Shown here piece by piece: positions 13,601 to 26,109 of a stretch of 64,000 nt of DNA. Made by a program: the position numbers and the translations under genes. This DNA is from Macrostomum lignano (Eukaryota). The stretch spans positions 124,001-188,000 of the forward strand of contig NIVC01001994.1 of assembly GCA_002269645.1 (NCBI GenBank), read 5' to 3'. The stretch's first letter is position 1. Every line of letters begins with the position of its first letter. The notes under the pieces are model-generated. The model ran no database searches. It was not told where the DNA came from and saw only the letters and a program-made list of their open reading frames with translations.

Positions 13601-15104
13601 GTTGTTTTAATGTTTATTGTTTTTAAATTTTATTTCTTTTTCCGCGAAATTGAAAGGAATACTCTCGTCCCTCGCCCCATGGTCTCGGTATCGGGTCTCG
13701 GGAGTGAACGGCAGAACGAGAATTGTCAATTGCAACATGGCTGCTGTGGCGTCCTCCCCCCCCCCATGGTCATTCGGTCAACAGACATCGGCGTTGCGTC
13801 GCGCGTCGCCGCCCCCCAGTCAACAAAATTTGGTGGTGTCGCGTCGTGCTTTTGAGGGCACAATTTTGGCACCCGTGTCCCGCGTCCGCGGGTTTTTGAA
13901 ACTTATTCCAAGAGGGGATAAGTTAAAATTACTCTTAAAATCAAACTTAAAAATAGAACCACTTTTAAGCACAGTATCCTTGCATAAACTCTTGTGTTTT
14001 GTTAGGAGCGTAGTATATATCAACATTTGTCATAAAATTATTTAAATGGTTAATTTATTTATAAAAATGATCCCTCCAATAAATTAGATATATTCACAAT
14101 TGTCAAGTTTCGTTTGTTAAATTATTTTGACTCTAGAAAAGTAATCTACAAACTGTTTCAATTACAAATAAATACTTTTAAGAGACTTAAGCCTGATTAA
14201 AAACTAATTCTATGCTTTAAAACTTGCTATAATGTATCTGACACCAGAAAGCTGCAATAGGCCTAGTCTATAGCCAGAACATTTGAACATTTTTTGACTT
14301 GAAAAAAGGTCTATGGTCTAGTCTAAACATCAATGATCTTTATTTGACTTTAACAATTGACAAATAACAAATAACTAAAAGTAAAATCCTAAATTTAGCT
14401 AGGCTATGTGTAGTATTACACCCACTAATAAATTGCTCTATGGAAAAGGAAGTTTGAACTTTGAAGGACTTTTGGCCATAAAACAATTTTTAGTAGGTAA
14501 TGATTAAATTTTTCTCTATTTGTAAGATGAGCAGGTAGTAAGGCAGGCAGAACCATAGACTGACCATAGACTAAATGATTAGACTAAAGTCAGATGAAAT
14601 TCTGTATATTATATGGATCAAGCTGCTTATTTTACACAATTTAAGACAAAAAGAGACAAAGCAATGGATCCTCCTGAACTTGAATTCAAATGGATTAATG
14701 CTTTTTTGTATTGACCACTATTACATTTATAACTGCTCTTGTATCAACCACTTTTATGTCTATGATTATTGCCAATCTATCGGCAGCTGACTCTGACAAC
14801 ACTGTTCTAGCAGCATTGTCTAGTCATTTTGCCATCTTGTTATTTGACAACATCTAGCAAAAGTTGTAGGCTGCTATCCCTGACAGCATAAGATGCAAAT
14901 TGGAATGGGTGCTCAACCTATTCAACCAAAAATAAGACAAGCAACAAATCAACAATCAGCTTGTATTCTATCCAGTGAGAAGACTGGCCTGATGGTGACA
15001 AAGCCAATGGAGGAGTGGAGTGCTAGCAATTAAATTTTTTTGCTAAAATATTTTTATTTGAGATATGCAAGAAGGATGGTGACAAGTACAATGCTTCAAC
15101 ATAG

Positions 15105-15560
15105 AAGGATATCTGGCAATCCTACACTTCCGTTTGGTAAATTATTTTCACATTTGAATTCGTACCACCGAGTCAAATGACGTCGATTGGCAGTGTCTAT
15201 GGCCAAAAGTTTGAGCAAACAGAGTTTAAAGGGGTGTCAGTTTAAGGGAGCTGTTGCTTGTGAGCTGCTTGAGTTAAATTAATTGAATAGATTGAGAGAA
15301 CACATTGAGGAATTTCTCTGGCGTCATCTGTATCCCCAATGTCCATTTGGGGCTATCCTGTACTGGATTGGACATTACTATCCATTGTAGACACCTTAAT
15401 GACCTGCAGACACACTCTAAGTGACTATGCGCTCTAACAGACTGCTACCATGTTCCACTGTTTTAGTTTTGTTTGGTTACATTGTTATTTACCACGCCTG
15501 TTCAAAATTCAATGTCAAAATAATTTACCGAACGGAAGTGTAGGATTGCCAGATATCTTT
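15105..15560. mobile_element. Non-autonomous DNA element (MITE-like) with ~55-bp inverted ends
   Basis: AAGGATATCTGGCAATCCTACACTTCCGTT... at 15105 is the reverse complement of ...AACGGAAGTGTAGGATTGCCAGATATCTTT ending 15560; no clear TSD. Confidence 0.6.
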
Positions 15561-17849
15561 GTGATGCTTCAACACTATATTACACATTGGCTGAAAAAAT
15601 AATTTTTGTTGTGGAGCTCATGGAGGCACAACAGACATTGGATGCTGCTATGAAGGAGACCATCCTTTGTTCTATTGTTGGTATTCATTTCAGTCTGTAT
15701 GGCTAAATATAAACTTGTTCTCAGTCCTCAGTTTAGATACCAAGAAATGGTTAAACATCCTAGTAATAAATAAGTGGAAATGAAATGTTGCGCGCCATAT
15801 GCATGGGACTTCACAAGCCCTATTTGAAACATACTTAGAGGAATTGTGATGTCAACTAAACCCAGTGAAGCCATTTTGGAATATTGTATATTGGATTTCC
15901 CACTGCTATAGCATGTAAAGCTTTTGCTATTTGTTGGCAATTTGACCATAGATATAATACTTTTTATTTGTTTCTGTAAAGACTTGTTTATTTGTTAATG
16001 TTTTGGCCATAGACTATTATAGCTTTCTGGTGTCAGAGATATTATAACAAGTTTTGAAGCAAAGAATTAATGCCTGATTAAGAGTAAGTCTTTTAAAAGT
16101 AGTTATTTGTACCTAAAATAGTTCATTATTTTAGTTCAATTTAGTTTTAATTTTAGTTTTAATTTTCAATTTTAGTTCAATATCATACAGTACTTTTCTA
16201 AAGTCAAAATAATTTAATGAATGGAACTTGAAAATTGCCAATATGTTTTATATTGAGTGGGGTGGGGATCATAAGACAAGTGAGAAGAGTGCAAACGCAA
16301 TTTCCATAATAAATAATTTTGTTCTCAACCATGTATCAATTGTTACTGATGAAGAATATAATCAAACTACAAATTTTAGACTATACTAATAATCTATTCA
16401 ATTTTATGATACAATTGTTCTAGTACAATTTTACTATTGGTATCATTGTAATTTGAAACCTAATTTAATTTACAAGCTCTATCAGTTTTGTCTTACAATC
16501 ACCTATATATAATTTCACTATTTAAATGCTTATATAACAAAAGTGAATATAACCTACACTTCCATAACTCTCTATGCTATGTTTCAATGACACTTGCAGT
16601 GATGATTTGAAAAGTGAGTACAATGTAGACCTACAATAATTGTGAAACATAATTTTTTGATATATTTGAGTGTCTTTTTTACTATTTTTAATTGGGATCA
16701 TAAAACAAAACTTGACCTACTCAGGGATTGTCTAAGGTCTAACAAAATAATTCCCAAAAACTTAAAATAGTCTCTAAACTGTCATTAATATAAAATGGGT
16801 TCACATTTAAAGACATATTGGACATGTCCATATAAGCTTTAAAAACTCTGGCCAAAGTCATCATCATATTTGGGATTGTCATAAGCAGGGTATGAGAAAA
16901 ATAAGTAAATTATATAAATTGTCATCATCTCAGCATTTGGACAATGCTGCATTCACAAAATCATTATATGTTTCATTGGCTATGCATGGATCTTGCCTCT
17001 CATAGTGGTAACATGTTCCTGTTTATCAACAAAATGATTTTCAACTTTAAATTATATTTATACTATGGCTATGGCAGGTGGGTTGCCATTGAATTTTTTG
17101 TAACTGAATTATTCATGCATGAATTTTTTTATATTTTGTCCACTTGGTTTATTTTGTGTCACTTTTCCTATGTGTGGCCCAAATTTCTCCTGTCCCTGGT
17201 TTGGCTCTTTCTTTCCCTTTTCTGGCCCCTTTTGTCCCTCTTGTGGATTTTGTTTGTTTTTTTTGCAGTGTTTTTTCACAGTAATTTTGTGCTTGTCCAT
17301 CCCTGGTCATTTTGCGTCCATCACTCTGTCCAGTGTTTGCCCCACTGTTTTGGCTATTGGTTTTATGTTATTTAAACTACTGTTTTGGAACCCTTGCCCT
17401 CCCGTTTTTTGTTTGGTTTCTTTCCTCTCCTTTTCTGCTTCTCCATTTCCCTTTTGATACTTTGCCTCTGACCCTTTCTTTGACTTATTACTGACTTGCT
17501 TTACCCCAACATTTGCCTCTAATTTGTTAGGTATTTGCTTGTAGCTAATTTAGTTTTAGTAAATAGTAGTTAGTTCTCACATCTCGATGCCCCGAATCAA
17601 ATCATGGTTGTATTATTAATTTCATTAAATAACTTTCCTGCTTTAACATTCTGCATTAAATTACCAAATAATAACCAAGCCATTAACAAGAGTCATTTGT
17701 TGATCAATCAAAGCCATAGCCTATCTTAATTACTTGTCTGTGGGATGTAAAACAACCAAAGCTCTCATCTCAAAGAAAGCTCTAAGACTAACTCATTCCA
17801 TATTACATAAATTATGGTGGTGGTAGCTCTACCCTACTGATAGTAATCC

Positions 17850-18578
17850 GCTTAACAAATCAATGCATCAATTTTAATGGTGTCAGTCTAGTCTCTCACA
17901 ACAAGCACAGATTTGTCCACATAGCAGATTTTTCATCTTTGGAAAGATGCTGAAGTCAGCTGGTGACAAATCTGAAAAGTAGGATGGGTATGAGAGTAGC
18001 TCAAAATTTGCCTGCTCAATTGTCTACTTGGTATTCTTAGACTTGTAGAGGTGTGCATTGTCATGGTATAGAAGATACAGAGCCATAGTGGGCCAAGATC
18101 TTTGCCAGTTCCAATGCCTCAGTCATTGTGTAGTAGAGTAGTGGACTTTGGACTGCCAAGCATGTCCACAATCTCAAACTGTCAGTCTGGCATTGGTGTT
18201 AAACAATTACTGAATTTGTTGATGTCATTACTGATGCCATTGATAACATGTATAGCTGATGGCAAGTGTGTAGTACAATGGTGATTATATGGAGAAGCTT
18301 CAGGACAATGTTGATTATCTGTTGACTGTTCTTTCCTTAGCTTTTATGTTGCAATTGTTTTATTGATTTGTTTATCAGGTACAAAGCTTTGGTCTTTAGC
18401 AGTTTGTAGAAGTAGCATAGGAGGGCACAAAAGAAAAGTATGCTAGCCGACACAAATAATTACAAATTCTTTTTAATGGGTGGATAATTCTTTTTTTAAT
18501 TGCCACAGAGTAAATATTTCTGATTGGTTAGAAAAGGCTATAGTAAAGAAATTGCACCAACTTCTGAGATACCCCTTG
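17850..18578 (-). mobile_element. Degenerate mariner relic (boundaries approximate)
   Basis: Minus-strand translation gives YHDNAH (~18070-18051) and YPSYFSDLSPADFSIFPKMKNLL (~17995-17925), matching mariner HDNA and YSPDLAPSDF motifs, with stops; terminal TACAAGGGGTATCTCAGAAG read inward from 18580. Confidence 0.7.
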
Positions 18579-19192
18579 TACATTATTATACATTATACAT
18601 TAGTTATTAGATCCTAATCTGCAACCTGATTTTTAAAATTGCAAAAAGGATTATAATCCTGCTAGGTATAAAATTTGATCCAAAATTTATTGTAGTGACT
18701 TTTATATTTGTATTTGTATTTTTATTTTTTAAATATAGTTTATAATATTTATAAAAGTTTATAATAGTTTATAAATTTAAAACTATGGCTAATTTGTCTG
18801 ATTGCTACTTCAGTTTTTTATTTTACATTGTAGGCCCTAACTATAAGAGCCAATTTTTATAGTATTTTTTTTGTTTCCATACTTATTGTTTGATTACTTA
18901 TTTAGCGTAAGCCTTATTAATTCCAATATTTTGTTATTTATTTATCTTGTTTATCAACAATAAATTATGCTACTTGTTCAGTAAAATATTAAAATCAAAT
19001 TCATTCAATAAGTGCAATGGCAATAGTTTATTGCTTCATCTATCTGATTATCTAAAGCAAGTACCAGTAATTCTGAATTGCAACCATTTTTTCATGAAAA
19101 TAACTAAGCTCTCATCTTTTTGAAGCAACTATTTTAAGAAGCGTAATTTTGTCAAGATTAATAGTTACTTACAAAGTACTTGGATTTCAAGC

Positions 19193-20761
19193 ATGTGAGT
19201 TTCAATAATACTTACAGGTTTAACAATGTTTTGGTCATATTTGGTTTATAAATTATATTTCAATTGAAATTTTAGGGCTGACTATTGGAAATCGCAGCCG
19301 AAGTATTATTGCACCGCCTGTAATTGTTATATGGCTGACAATAAAGTTGTAAGTAGAAATTCATTTGTTGTAATCTTACTTTGAAATCAAATTAATAACT
19401 TTATTATTGATATCTTAATTAGGCAATAAATATTCAATTATAATTTCAGACCAGAGAGAGACACGAAGGTGGCAAAAATCATCAGGAAAATGTTGAGAGA
19501 CGTTTAAAAGAGGTGTGTAAAACTTTACAAACTTGTTTGTTTTACAAACTTGATTCTAATCTGGTTTATGAATCGATTCCATTTTATTCCCCAGATTAGA
19601 ATCCAAGCTATGAAAGATGAGCGCGAGAAGCGGTTGCTGGATAATTGCTTCAAACAGATGAATGAGGTGGGTGTTTATGCTGTGCTTTTATTTATAGCAC
19701 ATGTGCTATAATTATAATTCTAAGGCAATATATTTAGTTGGTTTACAAATGACACACTTTTAATATACAAGCTCGTCCTTTATTTCCATTTCAAAAGGGT
19801 GCAGCCAAAAGTATTGGTCAGAACTCAGATTCCAGTTCTACTACTACCACTGGTAAGATGTGCTTTTGACAACAATAATACATTTGTTCGCGTGAAATTT
19901 TTATTTATAACTGAGATTCATTCTGTATCAGAGATGCTGTGCTGGTGCGCCATTTTGTTCACAGCAGTGCTCCACATCCTGGTCATGCTGGTGCTGCGCT
20001 TTTTTTGGTCATAGCATTGCTTCACCTCCTGGTCATGCTGGTGCGCCATTTTGGTCACAGCAGTGCTCCACATCCTGGTCATGCTGGTGCGCCATTTTGT
20101 TCACAGCAGTGCTCCACATCCTGGTCATGCTAGTGCGCCATTTTGGTCACAGCAGTGCTCCACATCCTGGTCATGCTGGTGCACCATTTGGTCACAGCAG
20201 TGCTCCACATCCTGGTCATGGTGGTGCATTAAGCTGATCCTTGACTTTGCTACAATGCTAGCATAAATTCAATGCAATATTGTAAAGCTACTATTAGTAG
20301 TAAAAAAGCTTGTACTTTGCTTAGTTGTTTTAATAACAAGTATCAGAAATTTTTATTCTTGCAGTTCCGCAAGCGCAATCTGCACCTGTCTCCACTGCAT
20401 CACCTGCCGCAGCCGCTGCGGCAGCCAGCGGCTACAAACGCGGCGATCTGGCCACCACTGCTAAGTCCTCAGCCGTGGCTGCCGCAGCGGCAGAAGCTGC
20501 GGTGCTCAGCCAGGATTGGCGAGAGTCCAAAACTGCAGACGGGCGCGTCTATTATTGGAATACAAAGACTCGAGGTGAGGGTCGCGAGGCTGTTGCTTGG
20601 ATAGGGTTAAACTTGCTGTACAGCTCTGTGATTAAATTAATCTGCGATTCATTCTCAACAGAGACCGTTTGGGAGAGGCCGCAGCCAAAACCTGCAGCCA
20701 GCGCCAATGATGCTAAACCGGCTGTAAAATCTACTAAGGTGAGTGTTTCTCTGGCTGGCTC

Positions 20762-20792
<31 letters not shown>

Positions 20793-20811
20793 GCCTGTCT
20801 GTCTGTCTGTT

Positions 20812-20846
<35 letters not shown>

Positions 20847-20867
20847 ATGTCTGTCTGTCTGCTTGCC

Positions 20868-20908
<41 letters not shown>

Positions 20909-20959
20909 GTCTGTCCGTCTGTCTGTATGTCTGTCTCTCTGTCTGTCCGTCTGTCTGTA

Positions 20960-21000
<41 letters not shown>

Positions 21001-21051
21001 GTCTGTCCGTCTGTCTGTATGTCTGTCTGTCTGTCTCTCTGTCTGCTTGCC

Positions 21052-21100
<49 letters not shown>

Positions 21101-21151
21101 GTCTGTCCGTCTGTCTGTATGTCTGTCTCTCTGTCTGTCCGTCTGTCTGTA

Positions 21152-21188
<37 letters not shown>

Positions 21189-21236
21189 GTCTGTCCGTCT
21201 GTCTGTATGTCTGTCTGTCTGTCTCTCTGTCTGTCC

Positions 21237-21276
<40 letters not shown>

Positions 21277-21663
21277 GACTGTCTGTCTGTCTGTATGTAG
21301 CGCTACCTACCAGCGCAAATAAAAATACGAAAATCAAAGTAGATGTAACTTTTCCTCTAGATACGCGTGCTTGGCAATTCTGGCCCTACTGCCGCCGCTC
21401 CTGCCGCGGCTCCCGCCGCCGCCGCCGCCTCAGTCACACCCGCGACAGCACCAGTCGTAGGTCCCTGGACGCCCGTGACGTCGTCTACATCTACAAGTTG
21501 CTCAACTGTCTCCAGCCAGCAAAAAGCGGTCAGCTCCGCCCAGCATTCGCCAGGCCCTATTAAACGGCCAGCGATTATAGAAAAGGTGCTGCCTGCTGGC
21601 TCTTTGAAGCGAAGCACGGACACTGACGATACTTGCACTTTTAAGAGCAAGCGACCAAAATAG
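19193..21663 (+). CDS. WBP4: WW domain-binding protein 4 / FBP21 (U1C-type zinc finger + WW), about 284 aa
   Basis: Exons 19193-19194 (AT), 19276-19348, 19450-19512, 19595-19666, 19798-19852, 20365-20574, 20662-20738, 21361-21663; GT-AG and phases consistent. Gives [40 protein letters not shown], the WBP4 N-terminus, and WW domain [27 protein letters not shown]. Confidence 0.9.
19935..20225. repeat. ~46-bp minisatellite in WBP4 intron
   Basis: CACAGCAGTGCTCCACATCCTGGTCATGCTGGTGCGCCATTTTGGT units. Confidence 0.9.
20750..21297. repeat. (GTCT)n microsatellite in last WBP4 intron
   Basis: Visible. Confidence 0.95.
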
Positions 21664-21930
21664 CTTGGAAACTATCTTCTTAACAACTCACGATTTTCCT
21701 TTGTAAAGTTTGTGTCATTTTTGTTGCTTGATTATCTGTTTTTACCTACAAAATACATCTACGCCCAGCTGAGCATTTTATGCACTTCTCTGTTGACTAA
21801 TGGTGACCTGTGGGCGTTTAAAATTACCAAGTACAATTGCTGTAAAGCATTTCTATGCCATGCATTTTTATCATTTATTATGCAGTCTCTAAAATTTCCT
21901 TGAATCGCACCCTCTTAAATCCTCAGTTTC

Positions 21931-22375
21931 GCTGGGCCAGCCTCCCAGCTCCTCAGTTGCTGGGTCAGCCTCCCAGATCCTCAGTTGCTGGGCCAGCCTC
22001 CCAGATCCTCTGTTGCTGGGCCAGCCTCCCAGATCCTCTGTTGCTGGGCCAGCCTCCCAGATCCTCAGTTGCTGGGCCAGCCTCTCAGATCCTCTGTTTC
22101 TGGGCCAGCCTCCCAGATCCTCAGTTTCTGGGCCAGCCTCCCAGATCCTCAGTTGCTGGGCCAGCCTCTCAGATCCTCAGTTTCTGGGCCAGCCTCGCAG
22201 ATCTTCAGTTGCTGGGCCAGCCTCCCAGATCCTCAGTTGCTGGGCCAGCCTCTCAGATCCTCAGTTGCTGGGCCAGCCTCTCAGATCCTCAGTTTCTGGG
22301 CCAGCCTCGCAGATCTTCAGTTGCTGGGCCAGCCTCCCAGATCTTCAGTTGCTGGGCCAGCCTCCTAGATCCCCA
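21931..22375. repeat. 28-bp minisatellite (GCTGGGCCAGCCTCCCAGATCCTCAGTT), about 16 copies
   Basis: Visible tandem array downstream of WBP4. Confidence 0.95.
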
Positions 22376-22994
22376 GTCACTGAACCGACAGCCTCACAGT
22401 GTCAGTTGCTGCTGGGCCACCACCACCGCCACCTTGCTGGATTCTCATTCCTTAGCTCATTAAGAAGACAAAAAGTTCAGGGACAGGAAGTTCTTCTACA
22501 TGTAATTACAAACATTATTTTAGCAGTCCAAATATCAGTAGACTATCTTTCAAGCTTGTAAGACCCTCTTTTTCTGTGGAATTGCGTTTTTATTTTTAAC
22601 TTTTGCCCAGGCTTTCCATTCAACTATGAAATAATTACAAGATTCAACAAATATTGAAACAGTTTCTCGGACTTTATCTTTTATAAAAGATCTAGTTTTC
22701 CGTCAACAGCCTCTAAAGTCTGTTTTAGCTTGGTCGAGTCCACTGGGGTTTTTTTGGCTGCTTCTGTGGCCGAGGGCCATATTCCACGCTCGTCAAATCT
22801 GACGCCCTTCTCGCCCTGCACTGGTATTCTCGCCTTTCAAGTCAAGCCTGAGCTAAAGGAACCTCTCGTTGAGTCATATTTACTTGGTTTGTTTGAATTC
22901 AGAGAACTTCCTTTTTGCAGTCATCAGGGTTGTAGCAAAGCGATTGTAAGCAGCAAAAATACAACACTTTAGCAGAAGAAATAACTTTAAGCAC

Positions 22995-23180
22995 TCACCC
23001 ACTCACTCACCCACCCACTCACTCACTCACTCACCCACCCACCCACTCACTTACCCACTCACTCACTCACTCACTCACCCACCCACTTACTCACCCACCC
23101 ACTCACTCATTCACTCACTCATTTACTCACTCATTCACACACTCATTTACTCACCCACTCACTCACTCACGCACTTACTC
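22995..23180. repeat. (CACT/CACC)n microsatellite
   Basis: Visible. Confidence 0.9.
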
Positions 23181-23399
23181 CACACATGAAGCTCATCAGC
23201 CATCATTCAGCAATACTGAAACAAGCATCAAAAACATTGATGCAAACATAAAAAAATAAACGTCAGTTAGTGCGTGGGGGTGGGGGAGGAATGAAAACAA
23301 AATCGTGTAGACAGACAGACCTTCTTAACATCTTGCAGCTTTGAGTAAAAAAACAGTTGATAAAGGTACGCTATTGTCCAAGAGAAAAATTATAATAAT

Positions 23400-23698
23400 T
23401 TCCAAGAAATACAGCAGACCTTTTCTCTTGAACCGTGAAGCTTTTTAGTTAGAATCTAGGGTGTAATGCGAGCTATTTAGCAGAATGTTAAGCTATACGT
23501 TGCCGACGGCGGGACTGGATGGATGTAAATGTACGCACAATGTGCGCGCGTGCGTCTATTCATATGTACACTGTGCCGGAAAGGGGGTGTCTGGGACCTG
23601 CCCGCCTGTCTGCCTCTGCCTATCTTATTCTTGGAATTTCCAAGAAATTCTTCTTAAAAGTCGACACAGCCATGTGCCACTTGGAGAAGACTTATAAA
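23400..23698 (+). promoter_or_regulatory. Candidate promoter of Mx-like copy A: GAS-like TTCN3GAA motifs and TATA box
   Basis: TTCCAAGAA 23400-23408, TTCTTGGAA 23628-23636, TTCCAAGAA 23638-23646 (overlapping GGAATTTCC), TATAAA 23693-23698; layout parallels the copy B upstream region. Confidence 0.4.
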
Positions 23699-23806
23699 TT
23701 AGCTCGATAATCTCAGTCAATTACACTGTAAGTGGCTGGCCTGTCATACCGTTTGAAATTCATATATTAGAAGAAAAGTGAGATTGCAACCGAAATTATC
23801 GAAATT

Positions 23807-23829
23807 ATGAGCGAGGCTGATAATGCAAG
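23807..23829 (+). CDS. Candidate short first exon of Mx-like copy A (MSEADNA-R, phase-2 donor)
   Basis: ATGAGCGAGGCTGATAATGCAAG|GTAAGG mirrors ATGAGTCTGGAAACTTCAAG|GTAATT of copy B; in frame with the GTPase exon only if the acceptor AG at 32499-32500 is used. Confidence 0.4.
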
Positions 23830-23964
23830 GTAAGGCAAATTTAGGTATTTTTCTATTTATTAACTTGACTAATTTCGAACACACTTTATTTACGTCACAA
23901 CAATGAATGCATATTCGATTTAATCGAAATATTGCATATTAAAGTTTTTATTTGGATTTTAGCC

Positions 23965-24430
23965 CCTATTCATTCCAAATAGTCCCAGCTGATCCCAAAT
24001 AGTCCTAGATGATTCCAAATAGTCCAAACTAATCCCAAATAGTCCCAGCTGATCTCAAATGGTCCCAGATGATTCCAAATAGTCCAAACTAATCCCAAAT
24101 AGTCCCAGCTGATCTCAAATGGTCCCAGATGATTCCAAATAGTCCAAACTAATCCCAAATAGTCCCAGCTGATCCCAAATAGTCCCAGATGATTCCAAAT
24201 AGTCCAAACTAATCCCAAATAGTCCCAGCTGATCCCAAATAGTCCCAGATGATTCCAAATAGTCCAAACTAATCCCAAATAGTCCCAGCTGATCCCAAAT
24301 AGTCCCAGATGATTCCAAATAGTCCAAACTAATCCCAAATAGTCCCAGCTGATCCCAAATAGTCCCAGATGATTCCAAATAGTCCAAACTAATCCCAAAT
24401 AGTCCCAGCTGATCCCAAATAGTCCCAAGA
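23965..24430. repeat. 60-bp higher-order repeat of 20-bp subunits (AAATAGTCCCAGCTGATCCC), Mx upstream intron
   Basis: Array resumes at ~32330-32400 after the mariner insertion and occurs inverted at 43110-43325 in copy B. Confidence 0.95.
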
Positions 24431-26109
24431 TATCCCATATACAAGGGGAAGTAAAAAAGTAATGATAATTTTGCTGTCACGCCTAAAATATCAGAGTTAT
24501 TGAACTGCAACTGGTTTCATTTGAAAAAAACATCTTTTGATCTTTATTTGACAGAGTTTTGGTTCTTCTAAAGTGATTGATGCCTGCATGGTGACACTCT
24601 AATCACAGTATACCCTTTCAGCAATGGAAAATTCAAAAATCGAAGCTCGTACTAACGTGACGTTTCTTGTATAGCTTGGTTGGAAGCCAGCCGAAATCAT
24701 TGACGCTTTGAAAAAGGTCTATGGGGACACTGCTCCACCAGATCCAACCATTTATTGCTGGATTCAGGCTTTTAAGGAAGGCCGAGAGTCCACGGAAGAC
24801 GCCCAGCAATCGGGAAGGCCCACAACATCGCGCGCAGGGGAAAATGTGGCAGCTGTGCAGCCAGTGATTGAGCTGGATCGGCGCGTGACCATAGACAATA
24901 TTGCTGACAAAGTGGGCATTGCTCATGGCAGTGCTCACTCCATTGTGACGGACTGTCTTGGTCTGAGCAAGCTGAGTGCCCGCTGGGTCCCGAGGCTGTT
25001 GCGGCCTGAACACTGGGTTCAGCATACTGAGTGTGCCATCAACCTGCTGAACCCTTGGACGCTGGTTCAGAAAACAGTTACCAGCGCTTAGTGACCGAGG
25101 ATGAAACATGGATATTTCAGTACAATCCCGAGTCCAAGGTCCAATCCAAGGAGTGGCTGCCACGAGGTTCAGCAGGCCCCAAGAAGTTCCATGCAGAACA
25201 GTCTGCAGCGAAGGTCTTGGCGACGATTCTCTGGGATGTTGAGGGAGTGGTGATGGTGGACTTCTTGGAAAGCCAGAAGACCATCACTGTAATTCCTAAA
25301 GGTCCGAAGAAGGGTCCGGGAAAGGTCCATTGTGGAGGGTCCGGAGCGTCGAAATAACGGACCATGAAAGGTCCGTATTTTGATGGGTCCGTATTGTAAA
25401 GTCCGTATTGCAAGGTCCGTATTTTGAAAGGTCCCTATTGCAAAGTCCATATTTTTCAGATGTCCGCATTATGGGTCCGAAATATAAAAACGATTACACC
25501 CCAAAATGTATTCACTTGATCTGCAAGACACAAAATACCCACTATTATAGGTATGAATTTTATGAATTTCCTTACCTGTAAAATTGTTCCCAATTACATT
25601 ATGTGAGGCATACAATGTTGTCAGTCATTGCTCAATTTAAGAAAAGTAAGAAGTGAAGCATTCGTAATCAACAATTGCATGTTTATGAAGGATGTTAACC
25701 AATTTAAAGTATTTTTTATGGTATATAAAGATTGATCCTAAAATATTTATTGTTGTAGTACAAAAACAGTGGTAATAATAATATTTAGTAATTATTTGTT
25801 GCACATTACACATTGCGAATAAGTGTTTGCTTTGGTCACTCAAAGAGTGAAGTTGAATATACAGACTAAAAAGCACAAACTAAATACACAGGGCAATAAA
25901 TAAGCAGCCAACATCGCCGTGACCCTCTGATGACAGATAACACTCTATGATTATGATTGTGAATATGAAAATAAATATTGTGATTGTGATTAGGCTTGTG
26001 ATTACGATTAATTCACAGTCATATTCAATCGTACTAACATGAAAATGAATATAATTATTATAAAAATGAAAATGATTACAATAGTCATGTCTAGGCGTTA
26101 TAAAATCAT

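Noticed and set aside
13630-13910. GC-rich island between WASHC4 and WBP4
   Set aside because: Could be a promoter or TE fragment, but no TIR, TSD, splice or coding evidence supports a call.
20552-21337. SVCL/TDRQ repeat ORFs (also 51000-51700 and 53700-54380)
   Set aside because: (GACA)n microsatellite artefacts.
21855-22561. 200-aa repetitive ORFs
   Set aside because: Produced by the 28-bp tandem repeat, whose unit is not a multiple of 3; no splice context.
22690-23460. Possible small minus-strand exons (RIPVQGEKGVRFDERGIWP...)
   Set aside because: Could not build a consistent gene model or recognise a family; left uncalled.
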